The position numbers and the translations under genes are program-made. The notes beneath the pieces were generated by a model that searched no databases, was not told the DNA's origin, and saw only the letters and a program-made list of their open reading frames with translations. From positions 1 to 39,303 of the IMG/VR virus record IMGVR_UViG_3300043443_000866: a stretch of DNA of 39,303 bases. One strand, written 5' to 3'. This document shows positions 26,982 through 35,723 of this stretch, piece by piece (positions within the stretch are counted from its first letter, which is position 1; the number at the start of each line of letters is the position of its first letter). The DNA comes from a virus. Lineage: Duplodnaviria > Caudoviricetes.

Positions 26982-27733
26982 TGAGTCCCCCAGCAGCGGT
27001 CCTGCCAAGCGCAGAACTTGCACTCCATGTGGGTAGGTGTGGTGGCAAAGCGCGGCAAGACCTCGCTTGCACTGGTGGCCGTGATCACGCGCACAGCGCG
27101 GTCGGACATGCGCTGCGCCAGCCCGCCGTCAAAGGGCAACAACTCGAACCAGATTTCCTGGGTGTCTTTGTTGATGGCCGTAAAAAGCGCCGGGTTGGCA
27201 GAGATGCCCGGGATGCTGGTTTCCATGTACGCCTGGTAGACCGCGACCTGCGCGGCATAGACCGGCTTGGACTTAGTCACCCCGTGCTTGACGGTATCGC
27301 GCCAGGACTTGTCGTTCATGGTCTTGAACTCCCAGAGCGCCGGGTAGCTCACGCCCAGATCGGCCGGACCGGTATTCAAGATCCCGTCGACGTGACCACG
27401 GATAAGTCCACCTGCCACCGAGAAACCAAACTGACCGCCCTGGACTTTGCGCGTGTACAGGTCAAACCCCGCCATGCGCAACCAGCGGATGGCCAGGTCT
27501 TCCAGCGTGTGGCCTACCTCAAAGATGCGTAGCAAGCGGCCTGAGAAATCACGGCCGTCGTCCACCGGTGTGTGCGTGTACTCATATTGCAGCGCGCGCT
27601 CGCATGAAACGCCCAAGCGCGATGCGCCCAGGTAGTCGCGCGGCGTCTGAGTTGCACGTTCGCGAGTCAAGGCGGCATCAATGAGCTGGCTGATCTGCTC
27701 CTGAATTTTGGGGCGGGCGTTGAAGTCCAGCAT
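26978..27733 (-). CDS. Cas4-like PD-(D/E)XK exonuclease
   Basis: LGASRLGVSC, HVDG, EFKT, QxxxY and C-terminal CKFCAWQDRC (Fe-S cysteine pattern). Confidence 0.85.
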   Translation of the reverse strand: MLDFNARPKIQEQISQLIDAALTRERATQTPRDYLGASRLGVSCERALQYEYTHTPVDDGRDFSGRLLRIFEVGHTLEDLAIRWLRMAGFDLYTRKVQGGQFGFSVAGGLIRGHVDGILNTGPADLGVSYPALWEFKTMNDKSWRDTVKHGVTKSKPVYAAQVAVYQAYMETSIPGISANPALFTAINKDTQEIWFELLPFDGGLAQRMSDRAVRVITATSASEVLPRFATTPTHMECKFCAWQDRCWGTQ

Positions 27734-28137
27734 CACACACGACCCTTCTGCAAGCTCAGGCGCTCTTGCAAAAACGCCCGGTCGCGCGCAGCCATGCGTT
27801 CGTGTTCAGCCGTCATCTGGCCTTGGTAAGCCGTGACAACGACGTCAATCAGTGTCAGCACTTCCAAGCGGCTGTAACTGGCCAGCGGGCGGTCCATGCC
27901 GATGCCGCTCACGAACTCGCCCAGTGGTTGCAGGCACGCGCTCATGGCCGTGGTTTCCATTTCACTTGGATCAATCATTTGTCCCTCCGTTTTATTCATG
28001 AGTGTTGAGAAGGCGTTTTGGCAGCGGCGCGAGCAAAACACCCATTGGTCTGAGTAGCGACCGGGGTCGCTGCGTTTGAGGCTGGGGTTTAACCAGCCGT
28101 AGCCTTTGGCTTGGCGGGCACAGACCGCGCACTTCAA
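27733..28137 (-). CDS. DUF6511-like zinc-binding protein
   Basis: CAVC and FCSRRCQ motifs, MIDPSEME segment; coupled to neighbouring genes. Confidence 0.75.
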   Translation of the reverse strand: MKCAVCARQAKGYGWLNPSLKRSDPGRYSDQWVFCSRRCQNAFSTLMNKTEGQMIDPSEMETTAMSACLQPLGEFVSGIGMDRPLASYSRLEVLTLIDVVVTAYQGQMTAEHERMAARDRAFLQERLSLQKGRV

Positions 28138-29846
28138 GCCGCCTCCAAAACATGGGGGTGGTTGCTGTGGCTGGTGGCGCTGCTGTGATGCGCGTCATTG
28201 GCAGCGGTGACCAGACGCTGAATCTCTTTGCGGTTGAACTGAAACGACAACAATGCGGAGGCTTGGTAGCGGGTCATGCCGAAATCGGTCCGCATCGCCT
28301 CTGGCAGGTAGACCAGTTGCTTGACCGTGGGTGGCTCGTTGAGCCAGCGCCGGGTCTTGTGCGCCGAGTCGGCCGACTCATGGTCGTTGAGCCAGTCATC
28401 AGCGCGCGCCATGCACACGGTGCGCTCGCCTACAGCCAGCAAAGTGGGACGCAGCGACTTGGCACCACCGATGGCATGCCAGCGGCCGTTCAGAAAAAAC
28501 ACGCCACCCCAGGCGGTAAAGCCCGTGGCCATCAAGGCGTCGTCACAACCAAACAGATCGCACCACCGGAAATTCGAGCGTTTGAGCAGATCGATTTCAC
28601 TCATGATGAAATCCGAGAGTGCGCCGGTGTCCTCTGGCTGGCGCTCCCAGATGTGGCCGCACAACGGGCACTCCATACATGACAGCGGCACGGTGGCGTC
28701 GCACTCCGGACACTCTTTGATGGGTGCTTCACCCTCATGCGTGTGGCCATCGAGGTTGACCTCTTGCTCCAGCGCCCCGTGCATCAGACTGGCTGTGCCG
28801 AAATCCAGCACCACGCAATCGGATTTGATGACGCCCGGAAACTCCTTCGGATCCACTGTGCGAAGACCACGCCCAACCATCTGAATGAAGGTGGACTTGT
28901 AGGAGCTCGGACGCAGCAACACCACACAAGACGTGGGTGTGTAGTCGTAGCCCTCAGTTAGCACCGCCACATTGACCACCACCTGGGCGCTGCCGGTCTC
29001 AAATGCTTGCAGCCTTGTTTGGCGTTCAACCGGCGACAGCTCGCCATGGATCAGCACAGACGGCACACCGGCCGTCACAAATGCCTCGCAGACACTTTTC
29101 GCGTGTGCCACGGTGGAACAAAAAACAATCGTCTTGCGGTCAGCCGCTTTTTGCTTCCAGTGCGCAATCACCGCGTCAGTGATCAGCGATTTATTGAGAA
29201 TCGTGGCCACCTGCTCCATGTCGAAGTCGATTGCTGTGCGGCGCACGTTCTGCAGTGCCTCCTGCGCGCCAACATCAATCACAAAGGTTCGCGGTGAGAC
29301 CAAATGGCCGCTTGCAATCATCTCGCCCAGACTGATCTGGTCGGCCACGTTGGAGAACACCTCGCGCAGGCCTTTGCCGTCACCCCGGTTGGGAGTGGCG
29401 GTCAGGCCGCAAATAGCAGCCTTGGGATTCTTGGCCAACACCTGGTCGATGACCACCCGGTAGCTGGGTGAGGACGCGTGGTGCGCCTCATCGATGACCA
29501 GTAAATCAAGCGTGGGCATCTGCGCAAGGTTCATGGGCCGCGAGAGGGTTTGCACCATCGCAAAGGTGGCGTCACCCGCCCAGGACTTTTCCTGGGCATC
29601 AAACACCGAGGTGCTCAAGCCCGGATTGACGCGGGAGAACTTGGTCCGGTTCTGACCGGTCAGTTCGGTGCGGTGTGCCAGCACACAGGCCTTGGCATCC
29701 GGCTCAGACAACATCTTGCCGACCACCGCCGACAACATGATGGTCTTGCCAGACCCGGTGGGCGCGACAGCCAGCGTGTTGCCATGCAGAGCGAGCGCGT
29801 CCAGGGTACGTTGGACCAGCAGGGATTGGCGGGGTCGAAGCATCAT
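28134..29846 (-). CDS. Superfamily II DEAD/DEAH-box helicase with C-terminal zinc ribbon
   Basis: PTGSGKT, DEAHH, TATP, QMVGRGLR, CPEC...CPLC. Confidence 0.95.
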   Translation of the reverse strand: MMLRPRQSLLVQRTLDALALHGNTLAVAPTGSGKTIMLSAVVGKMLSEPDAKACVLAHRTELTGQNRTKFSRVNPGLSTSVFDAQEKSWAGDATFAMVQTLSRPMNLAQMPTLDLLVIDEAHHASSPSYRVVIDQVLAKNPKAAICGLTATPNRGDGKGLREVFSNVADQISLGEMIASGHLVSPRTFVIDVGAQEALQNVRRTAIDFDMEQVATILNKSLITDAVIAHWKQKAADRKTIVFCSTVAHAKSVCEAFVTAGVPSVLIHGELSPVERQTRLQAFETGSAQVVVNVAVLTEGYDYTPTSCVVLLRPSSYKSTFIQMVGRGLRTVDPKEFPGVIKSDCVVLDFGTASLMHGALEQEVNLDGHTHEGEAPIKECPECDATVPLSCMECPLCGHIWERQPEDTGALSDFIMSEIDLLKRSNFRWCDLFGCDDALMATGFTAWGGVFFLNGRWHAIGGAKSLRPTLLAVGERTVCMARADDWLNDHESADSAHKTRRWLNEPPTVKQLVYLPEAMRTDFGMTRYQASALLSFQFNRKEIQRLVTAANDAHHSSATSHSNHPHVLEAA

Positions 29847-29861
29847 GGCTGTGATCCCCGC

Positions 29862-30476
29862 TTACTGTGCCCAGCTCGGACGACCGGGAACCGGCGCACG
29901 ACCTGTGGCTTGGGCATAGGCATTGGCTGCGGGCGCAGCACCGGCAGAAGCAGAAGCTGGTGCTGGTGTACGCGGCGCGCCCATGGCAGCGGCGTAGTCC
30001 TTGTGGTCGGGCGTCACTGCCGCCTTGATGACCGCCTTGTCCTGGCCGTTCTGGTCTTTGTCCCAGTCCACCTTGCCCAGGAACTCAATACCATCCAGAT
30101 CCGCAAAGCCGCTGATACGCCGGGCATTCTGGGCGGCCTGGCTGTTGTCACCCGGCTGGACGTTGCGCGCCGAGTTCAGGATGGCCTTCACCATGGTGCG
30201 GCCCATGTTGGCCCACTCAGGTCCCTTGGGACTGTGCAGGCCAATGAGTGACCACATCTTGCGTCGCGCAAACTCACCATCGGTCACCACGAATTCGCAG
30301 TTCAGGTACACCGAGCCGGTACTGCTGCTTCGGGTGGCGTAGCCGCCAGTCCAACCTTGCGACGCGTCATCGAAGCCGCCGGGTTTGATGGTCATGCGCA
30401 CGCGCACCAGCGTGCCTTTGGGGATCAGGTCGAAAGAGGTTTGCTCGGACGCGGAATTGAAATCGAAGTAAGTCAT
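29862..30476 (-). CDS. Putative single-stranded DNA-binding protein (DUF669-like)
   Basis: FDLIPKG, YLNCEFVV, Ala/Pro tail ending PSWAQ; follows the AAA ATPase. Confidence 0.65.
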   Translation of the reverse strand: MTYFDFNSASEQTSFDLIPKGTLVRVRMTIKPGGFDDASQGWTGGYATRSSSTGSVYLNCEFVVTDGEFARRKMWSLIGLHSPKGPEWANMGRTMVKAILNSARNVQPGDNSQAAQNARRISGFADLDGIEFLGKVDWDKDQNGQDKAVIKAAVTPDHKDYAAAMGAPRTPAPASASAGAAPAANAYAQATGRAPVPGRPSWAQ

Positions 30477-30478
30477 GT

Positions 30479-31423
30479 TCAGGACTCCTGAGTGGGATTG
30501 AAGGAAGAGGGGTCGAAGCTGGTGTCTGCGCTGGCCGCAGTGGTGTCTTCACTTGTGGTGCTGGCTTCTGGCAAAGGCGCAACGCTGCTGGCGGGCCGCG
30601 CAAAGTCGAGCCGTTCTGGTGCGGGTTTGGCCGGACCAGCAATCTTTTCCATGAGGCGACCCAGGTCGGGCTCCTCAATGGCGTCAAGGCGACCCGAACG
30701 GTCCTTGGCCGGATAACCCCAGTTGTTGAGCGTGTGACATACAAATGCGCGGTAGCTGCTGCCGTCATCACTTTTGAGTTCGGTCAGCGTGACCACCTCA
30801 TCGACGATGCCGGGCAGCTCCAGTCCCGTTTTCGAGCCATCAACCTGCAGAGAAAAAACGCGGCGGTTGAAGTCGTCCAGCGCCTCGTTCAGGATGCCGA
30901 CGAACCACACGTTCTTGCGCCGGGTGTGCTGCAAGTGAGTCAGCCAGCCGATCATTTCCTGACCCATCAAGCCGTAAGCCCCTCGGCTATCGGGCTTGCC
31001 GGTTTTTTCTGAAAAGGCTTGAGGCTGGCCTTTGCACCACTGAAGGCACAGACGCCCAGCCACGGTGATCGAGTCCACGAACACGGTGTCGTACTTGTCC
31101 ATGGCGGAGGACTCGCCAAAGCGCTGACACACCGAATCAAAGTGCGCCTGGCTATAGGGTTGGTCATCTCGCAGCGCCGGGTTGGGGCCGCCAATGAAGA
31201 CGGCAAAGTCGCGGCACTCCTGCCATGTGCGTGGGCGCACCGTGTCACCTGCCCAGCCTTCGACTGCGAGGTCGCCCGCTTCCAGGTCAAAGAACAAAGT
31301 GGCGCTGGGTTTGAGGGTCCAAAGCTGCGAGGTTTTGCCGATGCCGCTTTTACCGACGAGCACGCCTTTGACGCCACGGCGTTCGGCCAGGCGCTGGTCC
31401 GCAGTAATGATGGGGAGTTTCAT
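30479..31423 (-). CDS. AAA_24 / Sak4-like ATPase (recombinase)
   Basis: GKSGIGKT, DLEAG, VDSIT, AKDRSGRL motifs. Confidence 0.85.
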   Translation of the reverse strand: MKLPIITADQRLAERRGVKGVLVGKSGIGKTSQLWTLKPSATLFFDLEAGDLAVEGWAGDTVRPRTWQECRDFAVFIGGPNPALRDDQPYSQAHFDSVCQRFGESSAMDKYDTVFVDSITVAGRLCLQWCKGQPQAFSEKTGKPDSRGAYGLMGQEMIGWLTHLQHTRRKNVWFVGILNEALDDFNRRVFSLQVDGSKTGLELPGIVDEVVTLTELKSDDGSSYRAFVCHTLNNWGYPAKDRSGRLDAIEEPDLGRLMEKIAGPAKPAPERLDFARPASSVAPLPEASTTSEDTTAASADTSFDPSSFNPTQES

Positions 31424-31803
31424 TTGCGCAACTCCTCGTCAGACAGGGATGCAAAAGCGTCTGCAACCGTCGTAGTGCCATGTGCACCGCGTTTGCGCGC
31501 TGCCTCGTACAGTTCTTTCAATGCCCCTGAACGGCGAATGATTGCACTGCATTCGGCTTCTGTACCTTGGATGGCAAATGCAATGTCATCAATCGTCGCA
31601 TTGGTCAAAGTACGAATTACTTCGTCGGGACGTGTCGTTCCGTTTGCGGGAATGCGAACGGAATCAGGCAAAGCCACCGAATGAAAAGACAGGTGCTTGC
31701 GCAGCCTTGGCAACAGTGAATTCGGTGCGCTCGGTAAGACAAAGGGAGGCTTGGGCTCGTAAGCCTTGACGGTGGTCGTCTTTTTGAAACTTGGGAACTT
31801 CAT
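31420..31803 (-). CDS. Hypothetical protein
   Basis: 127-aa ORF, ATGA-coupled to the ATPase gene, GGAG RBS. Confidence 0.7.
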   Translation of the reverse strand: MKFPSFKKTTTVKAYEPKPPFVLPSAPNSLLPRLRKHLSFHSVALPDSVRIPANGTTRPDEVIRTLTNATIDDIAFAIQGTEAECSAIIRRSGALKELYEAARKRGAHGTTTVADAFASLSDEELRK

Positions 31804-31808
31804 GGTGG

Positions 31809-32279
31809 TTACTCCTGAATGAGTGCGAGACGGAAGCTGGGCCTGCCAGTTTTGAGAGTGCGTGCCTGTACGAAGGCCGACTTAAGTGATTCAGGCCATG
31901 CGCCGAACTTGGTTTCGGACACGCGGTAGCTGATCTCCACGTACTGGGCGGGGTCATCGCCATTGGCTGCAATCCGGCGAGTGATTTCTGCCAACTTGGA
32001 CTGATCCCAGTCAACCTTCTTAGGCAGGTCAGCAGTAATACGCACGAGGCCATCGTCAAAATGGATAACGCCCGTGTCCTTGCCGGCTTCCAGACGAAGA
32101 CCATGGGCACGATCGGCGAACTTGAGCTCAATGGCGCGATCAACGTGATCGGCCTTTGCCTTGGCAGCAGTTAGCTGGTCAGCGGCTTCGTTCTTAAGAT
32201 GGAACAAAACATCACTGGAATGCGTTGCCAAATCTCCTGCGAGAGTGGCGATCGCCTGTTCGATGGTCAGGCGGCTCAT
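31809..32279 (-). CDS. Conserved phage early protein of unknown function
   Basis: GKDTGVIHFDDG...DLPKKVDWDQ...ARTLKTGRPSF; coupled to the HTH gene. Confidence 0.8.
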   Translation of the reverse strand: MSRLTIEQAIATLAGDLATHSSDVLFHLKNEAADQLTAAKAKADHVDRAIELKFADRAHGLRLEAGKDTGVIHFDDGLVRITADLPKKVDWDQSKLAEITRRIAANGDDPAQYVEISYRVSETKFGAWPESLKSAFVQARTLKTGRPSFRLALIQE

Positions 32280-32488
32280 GCTGCACCTCCCGCGTCGGCA
32301 CGCTCAGAGGTACTCTTGCGCAGGCTGTCGGTCTCGAACGCTTCCACGTCCTCGACGCGGTACAGCACGCGCCCTTGCAGTTTCAAAAATACCGGTCCGA
32401 TACCTTCGGTCCGCCAGCGTTCCAGTGTGGCTTCGCTAACGTCCCAACGGTCGGCCAGTTGGCGTTGGTTGAGGTGTTTGACACTCAC
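32276..32488 (-). CDS. Excisionase/AlpA-like HTH protein
   Basis: LNQRQLADRW...TLERWR...GPVFLKL..RVLY; GTG start with AAGGA RBS; first gene of the early operon. Confidence 0.88.
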   Translation of the reverse strand: MSVKHLNQRQLADRWDVSEATLERWRTEGIGPVFLKLQGRVLYRVEDVEAFETDSLRKSTSERADAGGAA

Positions 32489-32543
32489 GTTTTGGTCCTT
32501 TCAAGTGATTGCTAAAACGTGCTGCCAGTTTCGAATTGGGGGG

Positions 32544-32586
32544 GTGGGCAAACCGGTGGGCAAAGTGGACAACCAGAGTGGGCAAA
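32544..32586. repeat. Direct repeats GTGGGCAAA (three copies plus one variant) upstream of the early operon
   Basis: Copies at 32544, 32556, 32578; variant GTGGACAAC at 32565. Confidence 0.75.
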
Positions 32587-32621
32587 TTCAGCAAATAGGC
32601 CTTGCGCAATCCAAATTGACG

Positions 32622-32650
32622 AAAAAAAGCCCGGATGTTTAGTCCGGGCT
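32622..32650 (-). terminator. Intrinsic terminator after the DUF2188 gene
   Basis: AGCCCGGA...TCCGGGCT stem followed by a U run. Confidence 0.75.
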
Positions 32651-32678
32651 GTGTGGGAGAGTCTGTCTAGGGCGCTGG

Positions 32679-32903
32679 TCAGCCTTTCGGCGGATAAGGG
32701 TCGTTTCCGTAGCTATTGCGCTCGCGGATGCGACCGTTTTCTCCATGAATCAAAACTTCACTTTTTTGATTCATTGCGATGTCTCGTGCCGCGCGTTCAG
32801 CTTCTGCCTGGGTGCGGTGATGCGAGGTGTCGCGACTATTTCCAGCGCCGCGAACAGCCCATTGGTCATCGCGGGGTACAACGTGTTGATTTTTTCCGGC
32901 CAT
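32679..32903 (-). CDS. DUF2188-family small protein
   Basis: QHVVP...WAVRGAG...TQAEA...LIHGENGRIRERNSYGNDPYPPKG; GAGGA RBS. Confidence 0.88.
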   Translation of the reverse strand: MAGKNQHVVPRDDQWAVRGAGNSRDTSHHRTQAEAERAARDIAMNQKSEVLIHGENGRIRERNSYGNDPYPPKG

Positions 32904-32947
32904 GGTGGATCCTCATGAAGTTGGTCAATGCTTGGGGTATTTGGGGC

Positions 32948-33919
32948 TTACTCTCTGATCAATATCCCCCTTTCCAAAATTAGGAAATCCGGGTGCAACC
33001 AGTAATTGCCTTGTTGGTCGCTCTGGACGAAGGTGTCAAACACTGTGCGATGGTGTTTCTTGATATCGGCATAGCGGAAGTTCTCAGCTATACCTAGTGC
33101 GGCAGCAATCTTGCGTTTGTGGACTTCATCACCGTCGGCCTGATCCAGTACTTTCAGGAATCCGTAAACCTGGGGTGACAATGAAATTTCGGTTCCCGCA
33201 ATCAGTGCAATACGCTTGCTGTGCAGAAGGCGCAGTGAAGTCTCATCGGTAACTGCTGTGGGGGCGAGTCCATCAAAATAGGCATCCAGACCTTCAATTG
33301 CAAAATTCCCTTTGCGCAGTTGCGCAATGGCTTGCAGCGGAATGAATAGACGACCCTTCAATTTCGTGGACTGAAGAGCCAGTAGATCACTTGTTGTGAT
33401 TACAGCCTCCGTTCCAGGAGACGCAAGTCTGTCGATTTCCCCCTGAATTGCGTTAGCCTCACCACTGAGCAAACACCCAAAAAAGAAGTTGTGTCGCTTG
33501 CGCTTGTGCTCCCGCGCGCCAAGATGCCAGAGTCTCCCTGTTACCACCTCGTAAACTGGATGCCGAATTTTCAATCCTAAGGCTACATTGAGCCAGATCG
33601 CCACCTTGGATGGATTTACCTGCCAAAGCCTTGCTCGCTCTTTTGGCAGATCAACCCAACCACACTCGCCGCAATAGCATTGATAAGGGTGCTCAGCTCC
33701 TGCAGGTGTTGGCACTGGTCGAACTGAAACACTCAAGCAATCAGGGCAAAGGACACACTCCGCAACGTCACCAGATAAGCTCAACGCCTCATTGCTGCGC
33801 AAATGTTGGTAAATCGATCGCTGTCCAGTTGTCCAAACGGAATCTGGCAGCAGCTGATGTGTCGGCTGCTCCAGAATCGCGCAGAGTGCGGCCATGGCTC
33901 CTGCATTGATTGGCCCCAA
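32948..33919 (-). CDS. Unknown protein with zinc ribbon and C-terminal winged-helix-like domain
   Basis: CPDC...CYCGEC; C-terminus (ISLSPQVYGFLKVL...IAAALG...GNYWL) resembles OmpR-type wHTH; GAGG RBS. Confidence 0.7.
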   Translation of the reverse strand: MGPINAGAMAALCAILEQPTHQLLPDSVWTTGQRSIYQHLRSNEALSLSGDVAECVLCPDCLSVSVRPVPTPAGAEHPYQCYCGECGWVDLPKERARLWQVNPSKVAIWLNVALGLKIRHPVYEVVTGRLWHLGAREHKRKRHNFFFGCLLSGEANAIQGEIDRLASPGTEAVITTSDLLALQSTKLKGRLFIPLQAIAQLRKGNFAIEGLDAYFDGLAPTAVTDETSLRLLHSKRIALIAGTEISLSPQVYGFLKVLDQADGDEVHKRKIAAALGIAENFRYADIKKHHRTVFDTFVQSDQQGNYWLHPDFLILERGILIRE

Positions 33920-33920
33920 C

Positions 33921-35168
33921 TCAGACCTCTCCGCTGTTTTCGGTTGCCGGTGCTGGCAAAGTCGAGTCCGGTGGGATCTGCATTACCCCTAGCGCCTGCA
34001 TCAGTGCCTCTGCCAGCCGCGCGTCAGCCTCCTCCATGTCACGCAGATTGCTGATTCCTGTGGGCTTCAGTCCAATGTGCACCGTACGCCCCTTACGGGA
34101 CTCACCCTCAGGCTCGAAATACAGACTGACAACTGCACTGATGATGTTGAATCCTCCCCCCATCAACGAGTGAAGGTGTTGAGCCTGTACGCACTCCAGG
34201 GCATCAGGTGCGGTCCGCTCAGAGGGAGACTTGATCGAGTAATCGCATAGCGGTGCCGAAATCGATCGCACACGGAACTCCGAAATCCGCACCTTGCCAA
34301 CTCCGTGATCACGCAGGTCTAATCCACTGTGCTCATCACAGTTGCCGCCGTGACGCAAGCGATTCAACAGAAAGAGTGGTTGCGGCACCGCCAAGGGTTC
34401 GATTGGATGCTTGAATACATGAGTACCAAGAGGCGCAAGGATCTTTTTGCGGGCTTTCTCACCGCCAAAGACCAACAAGTCCATCACACCGCTGTCCGGA
34501 TAGATGATCACTGTCATGCGCAGCGGCGGACGGATGTCACGCCATGTGGTTCGATCGTCTGCACCGAACTCAAGGTTGCGTTGCAGGTTGTCTTCAACGC
34601 GAATATCGAGCTGTACTCCACCGTCCAGGTGGCGTGTCAGCACGTCAATCTCACAAGCCCGGGGACGGCCCTTGCGAGGCGTAAATGCCTCTGCCAATGC
34701 TTGCCTGAGTGGATCGATATCCGCCGCTGTGCAATGCAATACCTGGCCTGGCGGCAGATGGATGCGCCGCCAAATACGCTTGCCAACTTCCGCATCAGCA
34801 TTCAGGAAAGCCTCAGCCATGGCAAAACGTACTGGCCAGTTTGTCATAGCCCACAGCGCGCGCTCTGCATCACTCACATGGTGCTCAAAATCATCCAGCA
34901 TCGCGTCACCCAGCGGCACGGTATTGCGCAACGCCTGGACACCACGCAAATTGGCCAGGGTCTTGACACGACGAAGTTCAGCGTATGTGGACGCTTGCCT
35001 GTCGTCGGTCAACGCCTCCAGCGCTGACAAGATGGGCTGGTGCAACTCCTCAGCAGCTTGCTCCCAAGAGGCACCCTCGAGCAATTGAATTGCTCGTGTA
35101 TTGAAATAGAAATTCCAACTGCGCGGTGGGATCAATCGAACGAGGTCACGGTAATTGAAGGCTGACAT
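33921..35168 (-). CDS. Unknown 415-aa protein
   Basis: Long ORF with an AAGGA RBS, 1 bp from the next gene; no family recognised. Confidence 0.75.
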   Translation of the reverse strand: MSAFNYRDLVRLIPPRSWNFYFNTRAIQLLEGASWEQAAEELHQPILSALEALTDDRQASTYAELRRVKTLANLRGVQALRNTVPLGDAMLDDFEHHVSDAERALWAMTNWPVRFAMAEAFLNADAEVGKRIWRRIHLPPGQVLHCTAADIDPLRQALAEAFTPRKGRPRACEIDVLTRHLDGGVQLDIRVEDNLQRNLEFGADDRTTWRDIRPPLRMTVIIYPDSGVMDLLVFGGEKARKKILAPLGTHVFKHPIEPLAVPQPLFLLNRLRHGGNCDEHSGLDLRDHGVGKVRISEFRVRSISAPLCDYSIKSPSERTAPDALECVQAQHLHSLMGGGFNIISAVVSLYFEPEGESRKGRTVHIGLKPTGISNLRDMEEADARLAEALMQALGVMQIPPDSTLPAPATENSGEV

Positions 35169-35280
35169 TGGTGGTTTTTTCCTTTTAAGTCATGGCCGCC
35201 ATACGCCTCCCTTAACTTGGCGCATTCAGGGCCTACAGTGTTGGGCCGACAGCACTCACCAAGCATTGGCGACCAATATC

Positions 35281-35296
35281 GTTCGGTATACCGAAC
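35281..35296. promoter_or_regulatory. Perfect palindrome GTTCGGTATACCGAAC, putative repressor operator
   Basis: Exact 16-bp palindrome between divergent genes; ATCGTTCGGT half-site repeated at 35346-35355. Confidence 0.7.
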
Positions 35297-35304
35297 TTGA
35301 TTGA

Positions 35305-35334
35305 ATTATGGATGGCTCCTAATGGGTTTGTCAA
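35305..35334 (-). promoter_or_regulatory. Putative sigma70 promoter for the 415-aa operon
   Basis: TTGACA (35334-35329), 18-bp spacer, CATAAT (35310-35305). Confidence 0.6.
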
Positions 35335-35402
35335 GCAGGTACGCAATCGTTCGGTGCGGTGGTATTATTTTGGGCTTGAATCAAACAATTTAGGAGAAAA
35401 CA

Positions 35403-35723
35403 GTGCCTTCACCCCTGGGCGACAAGATCCGCGCACTGCGAAAGCAAAAAAAACTCAGCCTTGACCAACTGGCAGAGCTGACAGAGTCCAGCAAAAGCTA
35501 CATCTGGGAGCTGGAAAATAAAGACGATCCAAAGCCATCGGCTGACAAGATTGGCAAGATTGCGGCCGTCCTCGAGGTCACTGCCGAGTTCCTGCTCACG
35601 GAATCTTCGGCCACGCCGGACGAGGCAGTGCTTGATGAAGCGTTCTTCCGCAAATTCAAAACCATGTCCGAGCCGGACAAGAAGAAGATCCGAAAAATCC
35701 TTGATGCCTGGGAGGACGAATGA
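35403..35723 (+). CDS. XRE-family HTH repressor (no S24 peptidase domain)
   Basis: LGDKIRALRKQKKLSLDQLAE...SKSYIWELEN...PS; 106 aa; AGGAGA RBS, GTG start. Confidence 0.92.
   Translation: MPSPLGDKIRALRKQKKLSLDQLAELTESSKSYIWELENKDDPKPSADKIGKIAAVLEVTAEFLLTESSATPDEAVLDEAFFRKFKTMSEPDKKKIRKILDAWEDE

Noticed and set aside
26978-27733. CRISPR-Cas system based on the Cas4-like gene
   Set aside because: No cas1/cas2 or array is present; the gene sits in a phage recombination operon where solo Cas4-like nucleases are common.
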